From NCBI GenBank assembly GCA_963823035.1, contig CAWGKG010000020.1, forward strand, positions 320,001 through 384,000: DNA of 64,000 nt, given 5' to 3'. This document shows positions 21,160 through 32,045 of the stretch, piece after piece. A program made the translations under genes and the position numbers. Below the pieces are notes generated by a model, which was not told where the DNA came from, did not search any database, and was given only the letters and a program-made list of their open reading frames with translations. The number at the start of each line of letters is the position of its first letter. Positions within the stretch are counted from its first letter, which is position 1. The DNA comes from an uncultured Gemmatimonadales bacterium (GTDB lineage Bacteria > Gemmatimonadota > Gemmatimonadetes > Longimicrobiales > Gaopeijiaceae).

Positions 21160-23681
21160 ATGAGCCCCTCCCGCGACGAACGCCTGGCGAAGTACCGCGA
21201 GAAGCGCCGCGCCGGCCGTACCCCCGAGCCGTTCGGCGGCGAGGTGGTGGTGGGCGGCAGCTCCTTCGTGGTGCAGAAGCACCACGCCCGCGCCTTGCAC
21301 TGGGACCTGCGCCTCGAGCTGGACGGCGTGCTCCTGTCGTGGGCCGTGCCCAAGGGGCCCTCCCCGAACCAGGCCGACAAGCGCCTGGCGATGCAGACGG
21401 AGGACCACCCGCTCGAGTACGCGGAGTTCGAGGGCGTCATCCCCGAGGGCGAGTACGGCGCCGGCTCGATGATCGTGTGGGACCGGGGAACGTGGAGCCC
21501 GGTCGAGGACCCGCGCGCGGGCCTGGAGAAGGGGAAGCTCCTCTTCGACCTGCACGGCCACAAGCTGCTGGGCCGGTGGACGTTGGTGAAGACGAAGCAG
21601 GCGCCGAACTCCTGGCTCCTGATCAAGGAGCGCGACGGCTTCATGGACGCGGAGGGCGGCACCGAGTCGTACCCGGACGACTCGATCTACTCCGGGCTCA
21701 CCGTGGACGAGTTCCCCCATGCGGACGAGCACGCCGAGCGCCTGGCCGAGCGCGCGGCCGCGCTGGGTGCGAAGAGGCGGACGCTCCGCGCCGACGACGT
21801 GGACCTGATGCTCGCGACCAGCCAGGAGGAGCCGTTCACGCGCGAGGGGTGGATCTTCGAGCTGAAGTACGACGGCTACCGGCTCCTGGCCGAGCGGAAG
21901 GGGCGCGAGCCCTACCTGCGCTCGCGGGCGGGCCACGACCTCACGCTCACCTTCCCCGAGATCGCACGCGCCGTGCACGGCCTCCCGCTGGAGGGGCTGG
22001 TGCTGGACGGGGAGGTGGTGGTGCACGACGCGGACGGGCTGCCCTCCTTCTCACGGCTGCAGCGGCGCGGCCGGATTCTCAACCGGATGGACGCGCTGCG
22101 CGCGAGCGTGGAGTTGCCGGCCATCTACTATGCCTTCGACCTGCTGGCGCTGGAGGGCTTCGACCTGCGCGGCGTGCCCCTCCTCGAGCGGAAGGCCTTG
22201 CTGCGCGAGCTCCTGCCGAGCGTCGGACCCATCCGCTACTCCGACCACATCGCCGAGCAGGGGGAGGCGATGTTCGAGCAGGTCACGCAGATGCGCCTCG
22301 AGGGGATCGTCGGGAAGAAGGCGGACTCGGCGTACTCGGGCGGCCGATCGCCGCACTGGATCAAGGTGCGCACCGTGCGCGTCGAGGACTTCGTGGTGGT
22401 CGGATGGACGAAGCCCAAGGGGTCGCGCTCGGGCTTCGGCTCCCTGCACATCGCGCAATACGACGGCGACGACCTCCTCTACCTCGGGAGTGTGGGGTCC
22501 GGCTTCACGGAGGCCGACCTCGCGGATACCATGCCGAAGCTGGAAGCGCTCGAGATCGACGCGTGTGCGTGCACGGCCGGGCCGGTGCCGAAAGGGAAGG
22601 GCAACCACTGGGTCGCGCCCCGCCTCGTGGTCGAGGTGAAGTACAAGGAGCTGACGGACCAGGGGCTGGCCCGGCAGCCGTCGTTCTCGCGCTTCCGCGA
22701 GGACAAGCCGCCCGAGGAGTGCGTCGTGGAGGGCGCCGCGGCACCGGAGGCGGAGCCGGAGACCACCCGTCCGGGCGCGCGCGGAGCCCGAGCGCACGGT
22801 GGCCTACTCGAACCTCGACAAGGTGTTCTGGCCGGAGGAGGGCTACACCAAGGGCGACCTCATCGAGTACCACCGTGCGGTCGCCGAGTGGATGCTCCCC
22901 TACCTCGAGGACCGGCCGCTCGTGATGACGCGCTACCCGGACGGCATCCACGGAAAGTCGTTCTTCCAGAAGGACGCGCCGCCCTACGCGCCCGAGTGGA
23001 TCCGGCGGGTGACGCTGTGGAGCGAGGGCTCGGAGCGCGAGCTGTCGTACTTCGTGGCCGACGACCTCGAGTCGCTGCTGTACGTGATCAACCTGGGCAC
23101 GATCCCGCTGCACATCTGGTCGAGCAGGGTGTCGTCGCTCGCGAACCCGGACTGGTGCATCCTGGACCTGGATCCGAAGGAGGCGCCCTTCGCGCACGTC
23201 GTGGATCTCGCGCGCACGCTGCACGACGTCTGCGAGGAGATCGGGCTGCCCTCCTTCGCCAAGACGAGCGGCTCCTCGGGGATCCACGTGCTGGTGCCGC
23301 TCGGGGGCAAGCTCACGTACGAGCAGTCGCGCACGCTCGGCCAGCTCCTCGGGCGGGTGGCCGTGGCCGAGCGCACCGGGATCGCCACGCTCACGCGCAA
23401 CCCCGCGAAGCGCGAGGGAAAGGTCTATGTGGACTTCGTGCAGAACGGGCACGGGAGGCTGCTGGCCGCGCCCTTCACCGTGCGGCCCCTCCCCGGCGCC
23501 ACGGTCTCCGCGCCCCTCGCGTGGTCGGAGGTCACGAAGACGGCTGAAGATCTCGAACCACACGATCGCCACGGTACCGAAGCGCATGAAGCGTCTGGGC
23601 GAGGACCCGCTCAGGACGGTGATGGAGCTCGAGCCCGACCTCCTGGGCGCGCTCTCACGGTTGGCCCACTGGTTCGACTGA
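21160..23681 (+). CDS. ligD: DNA ligase D (phosphoesterase-ligase-polymerase); indels near 22770 and 23540
   Basis: FVVQKHHARALHWDLRLE (PE domain), ELKYDGYR (ligase motif I), EGIVGKK, SNLDKVFWP..RYPDG..FFQK..LDLDP..KTSGSSGIH (POL domain). Confidence 0.93.
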
Positions 23682-23693
23682 GGGCGATCGCCG

Positions 23694-24640
23694 TCAGGCT
23701 CCGTGGGCGACCGGCTCGGGGTCGCACACGCGGTCACGCCCCTCGTCCTTGGCGCGCAGGAGCGCCTGGTCGCACGCATGGTAGACGTCGTCGAAGGTGG
23801 TGCCGTGCGTCGGGCAGGCCGCATAGCCCCCTGATACGGTGACGTGCAGGTCGGGCAGGCCCGGAGGTCGGCTGTCGGCCACGAGGCGGACGAGCCGCTC
23901 CGCGGCGCGCCGTGCCATCCCGGCCCCGGTCGAGGGGCACAGGACCGCGAACTCCTCCCCTCCGATGCGGAAGGCCGAATCGGCCGCGCGCGTCTGCTCC
24001 TTCAGGATGCCGGCCGATCCACGCGAGCACTCCGTCGCCCGCGATGTGGCCGAGCGTGTCGTTGACGCTCTTGAAGTTGTCGATGTCCAGGAGGACGAGC
24101 GCGAAGGTGGCACCGTAGCGCAGGTGGCGGTCCACCTCGATCGTCCATCCGCTCCTGGAAGGCGCGGCGGTTGAGGAGATGCGTCAGGGTATCGTGCACC
24201 GCCGCCTCGCCGAATGTGCCGATCCGCTCGTCCGCGTTCCGGACGCGCGCGGACAACGCGCCCAGGAGTCGAAGCGCGATCGCCGGAGCCTCCAGGACCA
24301 CCTGCCTGAACTCCTCCTGGTCGAGGACCAGCGCGTCCACCTCCTCGAGCGCGCGCACGGTCGCGCTGCGGGGGCGGTCGTTGAGGAGGGCCATCTCCCC
24401 GAAGAAGTCCCCGGGCCCCAGGTGGGCCAGCTCGAAGTCCCTGCTGCGCGAGGGGTAGACCACCTGCACGGAGCCTCGCACCAGCAGGTAGAGCGATCGG
24501 CTCGGGGAGCCGGCCGCGACGATCGTCGCTCCCTCGGGGTGGCGCTCGTGGCGGACGCCTCCCGCCAGCCGCTCGCGCTCTTCCGCGGTCAGGTCACTGA
24601 GGAGGGGAACGTGCGCGAGGAGTTCGGGCGTGGTGGGCAT
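23694..24640 (-). CDS. cNMP-binding domain diguanylate cyclase; indels near 24140 and 24010
   Basis: [22 protein letters not shown] (cNMP domain); [34 protein letters not shown]-x5-GGEEF. Confidence 0.88.
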
Positions 24641-24646
24641 GGGTCG

Positions 24647-25636
24647 CTACACCAGGAGTGAGGGATGACCGCCGGTATGGACGAAGACGGCCCGGTCCCC
24701 GGAGGGCACGCGGCCGTCGCGGATCCACGCGAGGAGGCCGGCGGCGGCCTTCCCCGTATAGACCGGGTCGAGGACGATCCCCTCCATGCGCCCGAAGAGG
24801 TCGATCGCCTCCCTGCCTGCGGGCGTCGGGATCCCGTACCCCGCGCCGACCTGCGTGTCGTCGCAGGAGAGCCTCTCCCCGGCGACCGGTCGTGGCCGGC
24901 CCAGCAGGGCGCCGCCCTCGGCCGCCAGGCCGAGGGCGTCCGTGCGCATGTCGTCCGCGGAGACGTCGGCGCTGACGCCCACCAGGCGGACGTCCGTCCG
25001 ACCCAACAGCTCGAATCCGAGCAGGAGGCCGGCCAGCGTGCCGCACGACGAAGCCGACACGAAGACCCAGGTGTCCCTCGTCGCCTCGGGGGGCAGCTGC
25101 TCGTGGAGCTCCAGCGCCGCCAGCGCGTAGCCGAGCGCTCCGAGCCCGGTGGAGGCGCCGAGCGGGACCACCATCGCCCGCCCGCCGGCGTCGGCGATTT
25201 CCCGCGCCGCGCGCTCCATGGCCGGCGCGCGCTCGGCGCGGTCGGCGACCGTGCGGATGTCGGCGCCGAAGAGTCGGTGGATGAGTGCGTTGCCGCGCGG
25301 CTCGCCCTCGGAGGTGCCGTTCACCACCAGCACGCACCCCAGCCCGAGGTGCGCCGCCGCCCCGGCCGTGACGCGGCAGTGGTTGGACTGCGGTCCGCCG
25401 GTCGTGATCAGGTGGGTGATCCCCTCCAGGCGATCGCCGCCCAGCACGGTCTCGAGCTTCCTGACCTTGTTGCCACCGAGCGCGAAGCCCGTCTCCGCGT
25501 CCATCTTCACGAAGAGCTCGGGCGCCGCCCCGCCCAGGGCCTTCGCCAGGTTGCGCGCGGGCACGAGGCGCGTGGGCAGCGCCGCCAGCCGGATGCGCGG
25601 CCAGGCGCGGAGCCGGACCAGGGCGCCGGCGCTCAC
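24647..25636 (-). CDS. D-cysteine desulfhydrase / ACC deaminase family PLP enzyme
   Basis: GGNKVRKLE, TTGGPQSNHCR, LDPVYTGKA, FVHTGG; GTGA overlap with the upstream HDAC gene. Confidence 0.9.
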   Translation of the reverse strand: MSAGALVRLRAWPRIRLAALPTRLVPARNLAKALGGAAPELFVKMDAETGFALGGNKVRKLETVLGGDRLEGITHLITTGGPQSNHCRVTAGAAAHLGLGCVLVVNGTSEGEPRGNALIHRLFGADIRTVADRAERAPAMERAAREIADAGGRAMVVPLGASTGLGALGYALAALELHEQLPPEATRDTWVFVSASSCGTLAGLLLGFELLGRTDVRLVGVSADVSADDMRTDALGLAAEGGALLGRPRPVAGERLSCDDTQVGAGYGIPTPAGREAIDLFGRMEGIVLDPVYTGKAAAGLLAWIRDGRVPSGDRAVFVHTGGHPSLLV

Positions 25637-26532
25637 GCAACGCTCCGGGCCACGCGGCGGGACGCCGCCCGCACCGTCGTCTCGTGGATGTCGACGGTGT
25701 CGGTCACGTCCCGGGCGTAGCCGCCCGACATCACCACCGCAACCGGAACGCCCGCGCCGGCGCACAGGTCGAACACGCGCTCGTCCCTCGCCGCGAGCCC
25801 CGCCTTGGTCACGGCCAGGCGGCCCAGGCGGTCCCCCTCGAAGGGGTCGGCGCCGGCCACGTAGAAGGCGAGGTCGCCGCCGCGGCCGAGCGCGGTGCGC
25901 ACGCCCCGATCCACCGCCTCGAGGAAGGCGTCGTCGCCGGTGCCGTCGGGCAGCTCCACGTCGAGGTCGCCCGCCTCCTTCCGGAAGGGGAAGTTGTTCG
26001 CGCCGTGCACCGAGAGCGTGAAGACGGAGTCGTCCTCGCGGAAGATCGAGGCCGTGCCGTTGCCCTGGTGCACGTCGAGGTCGAGCACCACCACCCGGCC
26101 CACCCGCCGCTCGGCCTGCAGCGCGCGGGCGGCCACCGCCACGTCGTTGAAGACGCAGAAGCCCTCGCCGCGGTCGCGGAACGCGTGGTGCGTGCCGCCC
26201 GCCAGGTTCGCCGCCACCCCGTCCTCCAGCGCGGCGCGCGCGGCGCCCATCGTGCCGCCGACCGAGCGCCGCGAGCGCTCCACCAGGCCGGGCGACCAGG
26301 GGAAGCCGATGCGGCGCACCTCGTCGTGCGTCAGGGCACCCGTTACGACGCGGCGTACGTACCCCCGGTCGTGCACGCGTACCAGGTCGACGTCGGTCGC
26401 GGGGTCCGGTACGCGCAGGTCGTCCTCGCCGCGCGCACGGACGCGCTCACGCAGGCGCCCGTACTTCTCCATCGGGAACCGGTGCCCCTCGGGGAGGGGA
26501 AGCACGAAGTGGTCGCAGTAGTAGACGCGCAC
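25633..26532 (-). CDS. Histone deacetylase family protein
   Basis: HRFPMEKY, NLAGGTHHA, GFCVFND, DLDVHQGNGT, AGADPFEGDRLG, MSGGY. Confidence 0.93.
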   Translation of the reverse strand: MRVYYCDHFVLPLPEGHRFPMEKYGRLRERVRARGEDDLRVPDPATDVDLVRVHDRGYVRRVVTGALTHDEVRRIGFPWSPGLVERSRRSVGGTMGAARAALEDGVAANLAGGTHHAFRDRGEGFCVFNDVAVAARALQAERRVGRVVVLDLDVHQGNGTASIFREDDSVFTLSVHGANNFPFRKEAGDLDVELPDGTGDDAFLEAVDRGVRTALGRGGDLAFYVAGADPFEGDRLGRLAVTKAGLAARDERVFDLCAGAGVPVAVVMSGGYARDVTDTVDIHETTVRAASRRVARSVA

Positions 26533-26667
26533 GGTGTCTCGGGGGAACGGAACGCCTCCGTGGCCGGTATGGGCCCGGCCAGGCGTCTTACATTAGTAAT
26601 GCGCCTCGGGAGGCCGGGGGAGTGCGTTCTGCGGAATCGGACATCCAGGACACCAGCTTGCCTTCAC

Positions 26668-29019
26668 ATGACATCCGGGAGACGGGGGGCCGTCGTCCTC
26701 CTGCTTCTCCTCGGCACCGTGGGGCACGCCGCCGCGCAGGTGGGTCGCGTGGAAGGGCGTGTGCGCGACGACGAGGGCTCCGCCGTGTTCGGCGCGACCG
26801 TCGTGCTCACGCAGGCGGGAACGGTCGTGCGTGGCGCCGACACGGACCGCCTCGGCTGGTTCCAGCTCGACGACATCCCGCCCGGCGCGTATACGCTACG
26901 GGGCACCGGGGTGGGCTACGCGGACGCCAGCCGTTCGGTGGGGGTCGGACCCGGAGAGACCGTGGAGGTGGATCTCACCCTGGGCCGCCAGGCCATCGAG
27001 CTGGAGGGGATCACCGTGGGCGCCGAGCGCAGCCGGGAGCGGGTGCGCTTCGAGGAGATCGGGGGCGCGACCGTGCGCGAGCTCAGCCTCCAGGAGCTCA
27101 AGCGTGTGCCCGGCGTGGCCGAGGCGGACCCCCTTCGAGCGGTCGAGGTCCTTCCGGGCGTGGTGTCCACGTCGGACTTCTCGGCGTCCTTCCACGTGCG
27201 CGGCGGCGCGCAGGACGAGAACCTCATCCTCCTCGACGGTGTGCCGGTCTTCAGCCCCTTCCACCTCGGCGGCTTCTTCTCCGTCTTCAACGCGGACCTC
27301 CTCGACAGGGCGGCGCTGCAGTCCGGCGGCTTCGCGGCGGAGCACGGCGGGCGCGTGTCGTCGGTACTCGAGATCGAGACCGATCCGGGCGACGGGGACT
27401 TCGCGGTGGACGCCGGCGTGTCCCTCCTCGCCTCCCGCGTGGCCGTGTCCGGCGGGGTGCCACGGGGCTTCGCGGAGGCGCTCGGACACTCCAACGTGCA
27501 CTGGCGCCTGTCGGCGCGGCGCTCGTACTTCGATTGGCTCCTCAAGCCGGCGTTCGACTTCCCCTACCACCTGCAGGACTTCCAGGGTATCGCCGAGGGA
27601 TGGACGAAGTCCGGGGACCGCCTGCGCCTGACGGCATACTCCGGGGACGACATCCTCGACCTCACCAGCTTCGACGCCGCGGACTTCCCCCTGCGCATCA
27701 ACTGGAACTGGGGGAACGACCTTCTCGGAGCGCGCTGGACGCACCCCCGGCGCGGGGGCTCGCTGGACGCCCGGGTGAGCTGGTCGCGCTACGGCACCGG
27801 GCTGTCGTTCCCCGACTTCGGCGACACGGACTTCGCGTCCCGCATCTCCCAGGCGCAGGCGCGGGTCGACCTGGACACGCGCGTCTCGAGCACCCTGCGC
27901 ACCAAGGTCGGCGTGTCCGCGGAGCGCATGCGCTACCACAACCGCGCGGTCTCGGGCGGCACGGAGTTCGCGAGCGGCGACGGCACAGGCACGCTCCTCG
28001 GCGCCTATGCCCAGGCGTCCTGGTTCCAGGCGCGCCAGTGGCTGGTGGAGGCGGGGCTTCGCCTCGACGGCTGGTCTCCCGATCCCGGCGACGCCACGCT
28101 CGACGCGGCGCCGAGGGTCGCGATCAAGCGCTTCTTCGCCGGAGGGGACGGGGCGATCAAGCTGGCCGCGGGCCGGTACACGCAGTACGTACAGTCGCTT
28201 CGGGACGAGGAGCTCCCCCTCGGGCTCGACATCTGGGTGCTGGCGGGCGCGCGGGCCCCGCGCGTGGTGTCGGACCAGCTCCAGGTCGGCGTGGAGGGCT
28301 ATGCCGGCGAGGACTGGTTCGCCTCGCTCGAGGGCTATGTGCGCACCTTCGACGGCGTCGTGACGGTCAACACGGGCGACGACCCCAACGACGACCTCGA
28401 CGACATCCTCGCCGGTCGAGGCCGATCGTGGGGCGTCGACGCCATGGTGCGGAAGGAGGACGGACCGGTGAACGGCTGGCTCGCCGTCTCCTTCCTCAAG
28501 GCCCAGCGCACGTTCCCGGATCTCCTCTCCCCGGAGCGCCCCGCGCCCGAGGTGACGTATCCGCCGATCTTCGACCGGCGGGTCGACGCGGACCTGGTGA
28601 TGCGCTTCCCGCTTCCGCGGGGGTGGGAGGGCGGCTTGCGCTGGAACGTGGGCACCGGCACGCCCTACACGCGCGCGCTCGGCGCCTACGCAGCGTACTC
28701 GCCGAACTTCGCGCAGTGGGGTGGGTTCCTCGACTGGGCGGGCGCGTCGAGCTCGTCCGACAACCTCGGCGGCTACGCCGTCTACCTGGAGGACCACAAC
28801 GCCTCCCGCTATCCCACGTACCACCGCCTCGACATGAGCGCACGCAAGACGTTCACGAAGTCGTGGGGGACGCTCGTGCCCTACGTGGACGTGCTGAACC
28901 TGTACAACCGCAAGAACGTGCTCTTCTACTTCTACCAGTACTCCGAGCAGCCGCCGGTCCGCGCCGGCATCTCGATGTTTCCGCTGCTGCCGACCTTCGG
29001 CCTCGAGGTGCACTTCTGA
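26668..29019 (+). CDS. TonB-dependent receptor with N-terminal carboxypeptidase-regulatory-like domain
   Basis: Signal peptide; plug DPLRAVEVLPGV..HVRGG..NLILLDGVP; GGRVSSV; DVLNLYNRKN; C-terminal Phe (GLEVHF). Confidence 0.92.
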   Translation: MTSGRRGAVVLLLLLGTVGHAAAQVGRVEGRVRDDEGSAVFGATVVLTQAGTVVRGADTDRLGWFQLDDIPPGAYTLRGTGVGYADASRSVGVGPGETVEVDLTLGRQAIELEGITVGAERSRERVRFEEIGGATVRELSLQELKRVPGVAEADPLRAVEVLPGVVSTSDFSASFHVRGGAQDENLILLDGVPVFSPFHLGGFFSVFNADLLDRAALQSGGFAAEHGGRVSSVLEIETDPGDGDFAVDAGVSLLASRVAVSGGVPRGFAEALGHSNVHWRLSARRSYFDWLLKPAFDFPYHLQDFQGIAEGWTKSGDRLRLTAYSGDDILDLTSFDAADFPLRINWNWGNDLLGARWTHPRRGGSLDARVSWSRYGTGLSFPDFGDTDFASRISQAQARVDLDTRVSSTLRTKVGVSAERMRYHNRAVSGGTEFASGDGTGTLLGAYAQASWFQARQWLVEAGLRLDGWSPDPGDATLDAAPRVAIKRFFAGGDGAIKLAAGRYTQYVQSLRDEELPLGLDIWVLAGARAPRVVSDQLQVGVEGYAGEDWFASLEGYVRTFDGVVTVNTGDDPNDDLDDILAGRGRSWGVDAMVRKEDGPVNGWLAVSFLKAQRTFPDLLSPERPAPEVTYPPIFDRRVDADLVMRFPLPRGWEGGLRWNVGTGTPYTRALGAYAAYSPNFAQWGGFLDWAGASSSSDNLGGYAVYLEDHNASRYPTYHRLDMSARKTFTKSWGTLVPYVDVLNLYNRKNVLFYFYQYSEQPPVRAGISMFPLLPTFGLEVHF

Positions 29020-29981
29020 TGGTGCGCGCTCGAGGGGCGCTCCGCGCGGCGCCGGCCTTGGCGCTCCTGGCGGCTTCCGCGTGTGAGCTGCAGGAGGTCA
29101 CGCTCGTGGAGGCGCGGGACGTGGTGGTCGCCGAGGTCTACGTGGAGCTGGGCCTTCCCGGGAACGGGGATCGTGCCACCGCCTTCCTGCACCGGACCCT
29201 CGAGGGGGCCACGGGCTCGTCCCGTCCGGTGCCGGGCGCCACGGTGATCATCTCGCGCGCCGACGGCTCTTCCGTGGAGATGGGCGAGACGGACCTGGAA
29301 GCGTGCGTGCGCACGACGCCGATCGGTGCCTCCGGCACCTGCTACTGGGCCGCGACGGGCGTGGCCGGCCGGATCCAGCCCGGCGATACGCTCGACCTCG
29401 AGATCGGACTCGAGGACGGGGGCGTGCTCCGCGGCTCGACGGTGGTGCCGGGCGATTTCGGGCTGCTTACGCCGCCGCCGCCCTACGCGGGCGATCCGCC
29501 GGGCTGCCTGCAGCGGCCCTCCACCCCTCTCGAGCTGCGTTGGACGCGCTCGGAAGGCGCGTGGGCGTATGTGAACGAGACCCTCATCTTCGGTCTGCGC
29601 GCCGCGCTCGAGCCGAAGGGCATCCCGGTGGAAAGCGACCCCCTCTATCTCCTCGGCGTGTCGATCTCCGCGCGGGACACGGCGATCGTCTTCCCCGGCG
29701 AGTTCGGCGTCTTCAACCGCTTCGAGCTGGATCAGGGCCTCGCGCTCGAACTGCAGAAGGGACTGCCGGACGGCACGGACGCGCGGGTGACGATCAGCGC
29801 GGCGGATCGGAACTACGTCAACTGGATCCGGGGTGGCAACTTCAATCCCTCGGGGCAGGTGCGTATCCCCAGCGTGCGCGGGGACGGGACGGGTGTGTTC
29901 GGCTCGGCCGTCACGCAGACCGTGAGGGTCTTCACCACCACGGGTGGAGTCGCGGCGGGCCTACCCGCCTGCGGCGGGTGA
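29019..29981 (+). CDS. Lipoprotein partner of the TonB receptor (DUF4249-like)
   Basis: Lipobox LAASAC; C-terminal SVRGDGTGVFGSA; 1-nt overlap with the receptor stop. Confidence 0.75.
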   Translation: MVRARGALRAAPALALLAASACELQEVTLVEARDVVVAEVYVELGLPGNGDRATAFLHRTLEGATGSSRPVPGATVIISRADGSSVEMGETDLEACVRTTPIGASGTCYWAATGVAGRIQPGDTLDLEIGLEDGGVLRGSTVVPGDFGLLTPPPPYAGDPPGCLQRPSTPLELRWTRSEGAWAYVNETLIFGLRAALEPKGIPVESDPLYLLGVSISARDTAIVFPGEFGVFNRFELDQGLALELQKGLPDGTDARVTISAADRNYVNWIRGGNFNPSGQVRIPSVRGDGTGVFGSAVTQTVRVFTTTGGVAAGLPACGG

Positions 29982-30645
29982 CACCGCGCCACGCTTCTCC
30001 TCGCGCGCCACGCCGTCCGCCCCGAGGAGCGACCGCAGCCTCGCGACGACCAGGTCCACCGCCACACGGTTGAACCCACCCTCCGGCACGACGAGGTCGG
30101 CGTGTCGCTTGCTGGGCTCCACGAACTCGAGGTGCATGGGGCGCACCGTCGCCTCGTATTGGGCGATGACCGACTCCGGCGTGCGTCCGCGCTCGATCAC
30201 GTCCCGGCGGATCCTGCGGATGAGGCGCAGGTCGGCCTCCGTGTCCACGAACACCTTGAGGTCCATGCGGGCGCGCAGGCGGGCGTCCGCGAGCACGAGG
30301 ATGCCGTCGAGGATCACGACCGGGGCCGCGGCGTGGCGCTCGGTCTCGACGCGGCGGGTGTGCGTCGAGAAGTCGTAGAGGGGCACCTCCACGGCCTCTC
30401 CGCGCAGCAGGCGCTCGACGTGCTCGATCATGAGCTCCGTCTCGAGGCTCTGCGGGTGGTCGAAGTTCACGGCCACGCGCTCGCTGGAAGGGGATGTGCC
30501 TCAGGTCGCGGTAGTACGCATCCTGATGGAGGACCGTCGTCGAGCCGGCGCCGAGCAGGCGACAGACCTCCGAGACCACCGTCGACTTCCCCGAGCCGCT
30601 GCCTCCGGCGACGCCCAGCACCACCGTGCGCTCGTGCGCCTCCAT
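29961..30645 (-). CDS. udk: Uridine kinase; indel near 30480
   Basis: GVAGGSGSGKSTV, QDAYYRD, NFDHP, RRIRRDVIERGR, VRPMHLEFVEPSKRHAD. Confidence 0.93.
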
Positions 30646-30646
30646 G

Positions 30647-31329
30647 TCAGCCTCCCGCGGGCACGACGTAGATGAGCGCCGCCAGCTCCCGCCGGAGCGT
30701 GTGCACGCCCCCGTCGTGGGCCACCGTCACGGCCACGACTTCCTCCCCGCGCGCGCTCTCGTTCACCCGAGGATCGCGCCGGGCGTCAGTCCGGCGGCCT
30801 CGAGGAAGCGGAGCCGTTCGGGATCCTCGTCGCGCACCGCCCGCACGCGCAGGCTCGAGCCGGGTAGCGCGTCGGCGAGGGTGCGGAAGTCGATGCTCTC
30901 GATCTCCCCGGCGCTGGTCGGGATCGGCGCGCCGTGAGGGTCGTGGCTGGGGAACTGGAGCGCCGCGGCCATCCGTTCCACGAGCGTGTCCGAGGCCGCG
31001 TGCTCCAGACGCTCCGCTTCCTCGTGCACGTCCTCCCAGGCGAAGCCGAGGCGCTCGCACAGGTACGTCTCGATGACTCGGTGGCGACGGAGGACCTTCA
31101 GCGCCTCGCGGATGCCCCGCTCCGTGAGGCGCACGCCGCGGTACGGCGCGTGCTCCAGCAGACCCGATTCCGCCAGGCGCTTCACCATCCCGGTCACGGA
31201 GGCCGGCTGGACCGCCAGCGCATCCGCGATCGCGCTCGTCGACGCGGGGTCGCCGCGCTCGGACAGGCCGTAGATGGCCTTGAGGTAGTCCTCGACGGAG
31301 CGGGAGAGTCCCGCCGGCATGGGGGTCAT
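30647..31329 (-). CDS. DtxR/MntR-family metal-dependent repressor with FeoA domain; indel near 30765
   Basis: EDYLKAIY, ASVTGMVKRL, RRHRVIETYL, VHEEAERLEHA, PSHDPHGAPIP. Confidence 0.92.
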
Positions 31330-31530
31330 GACGTGAAGCTAGGGAGCACGAGGGAGCCCGTCGACCCCGACGGCCGCGCCGTTTCCGCCGCCGCCCCGCT
31401 CCTGTTAACATCCGCGTCGACATCACGTTGGCGTCCGAACGCACCCTTGGGTCGAACCAACGTCAGGGCATACCTTTCGAGAGAGCATGTCGACCCCACC
31501 GCTCGATGTCCCGACCTGAGTCCCCAGGGA

Positions 31531-32045
31531 ATGAGCTCCGACGACCAGGTACGTCCCTTCCACGCCAAGGACGAGGCGCGCGGTCAGGAGACCGCGGACG
31601 CTGTTGCGGCGGTGTTGAAGCATGCCGCCGAGCGGGACAAGGCGGTCAAGGAAGGGGTGCCGCGCAAGCCACCTCCCAGGTGGCTCCTCCCCCTCGGCAT
31701 CCAGCTCTCCGTGATCGCCCTCTACCTGCTCGCCCTGCCCCCGAAGTGGGTGACCGTCAACCCGATCCAGGAGCCGGACGTCCGCGGCGCGCGTGGAGAA
31801 TCTCAGGCGCGCGATGTGGTTCCAGATCCAGCGGGTCGAGAGCTACAAGCTCGAAGCACGGCCGGCTGCCGGACCAACTGTCCGATGCGGGTAGCCCCAT
31901 CGAGGGTGTCGAGTACCATCGCCAGGGCATCAACAACTACCAGCTCGTCGCAACCGTTGGAGAGGAGGCGCTGGTGTACGACTCGACCGAGTCCCCTGCA
32001 GAATTCATCGGTTCCGCGGCCGACAAGCTCACGGGGGGATCGTGA
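31531..32045 (+). CDS. Hypothetical single-TM protein with pseudopilin-like C-terminal body; indels
   Basis: MSSDDQVRPFH.. then TM WLLPLGIQLSVIALYLLALPP; after frame changes HGRLPDQLSDAG..VEYHRQGINNYQLVAT; GTGA overlap with the pilin gene. Confidence 0.55.

Noticed and set aside
19245..22925. Very long ORFs (1226 aa here; also 4381-6873, 26622-29018, 49730-51928 and others)
   Set aside because: Arg/Gly/Pro-rich shadow or off-frame ORFs caused by high GC; real genes occupy other frames.
31447..31461. TTGG-N6-CCAA palindrome as a DtxR/MntR operator
   Set aside because: Short, GC-rich and a poor match to known AT-rich DtxR-family boxes.
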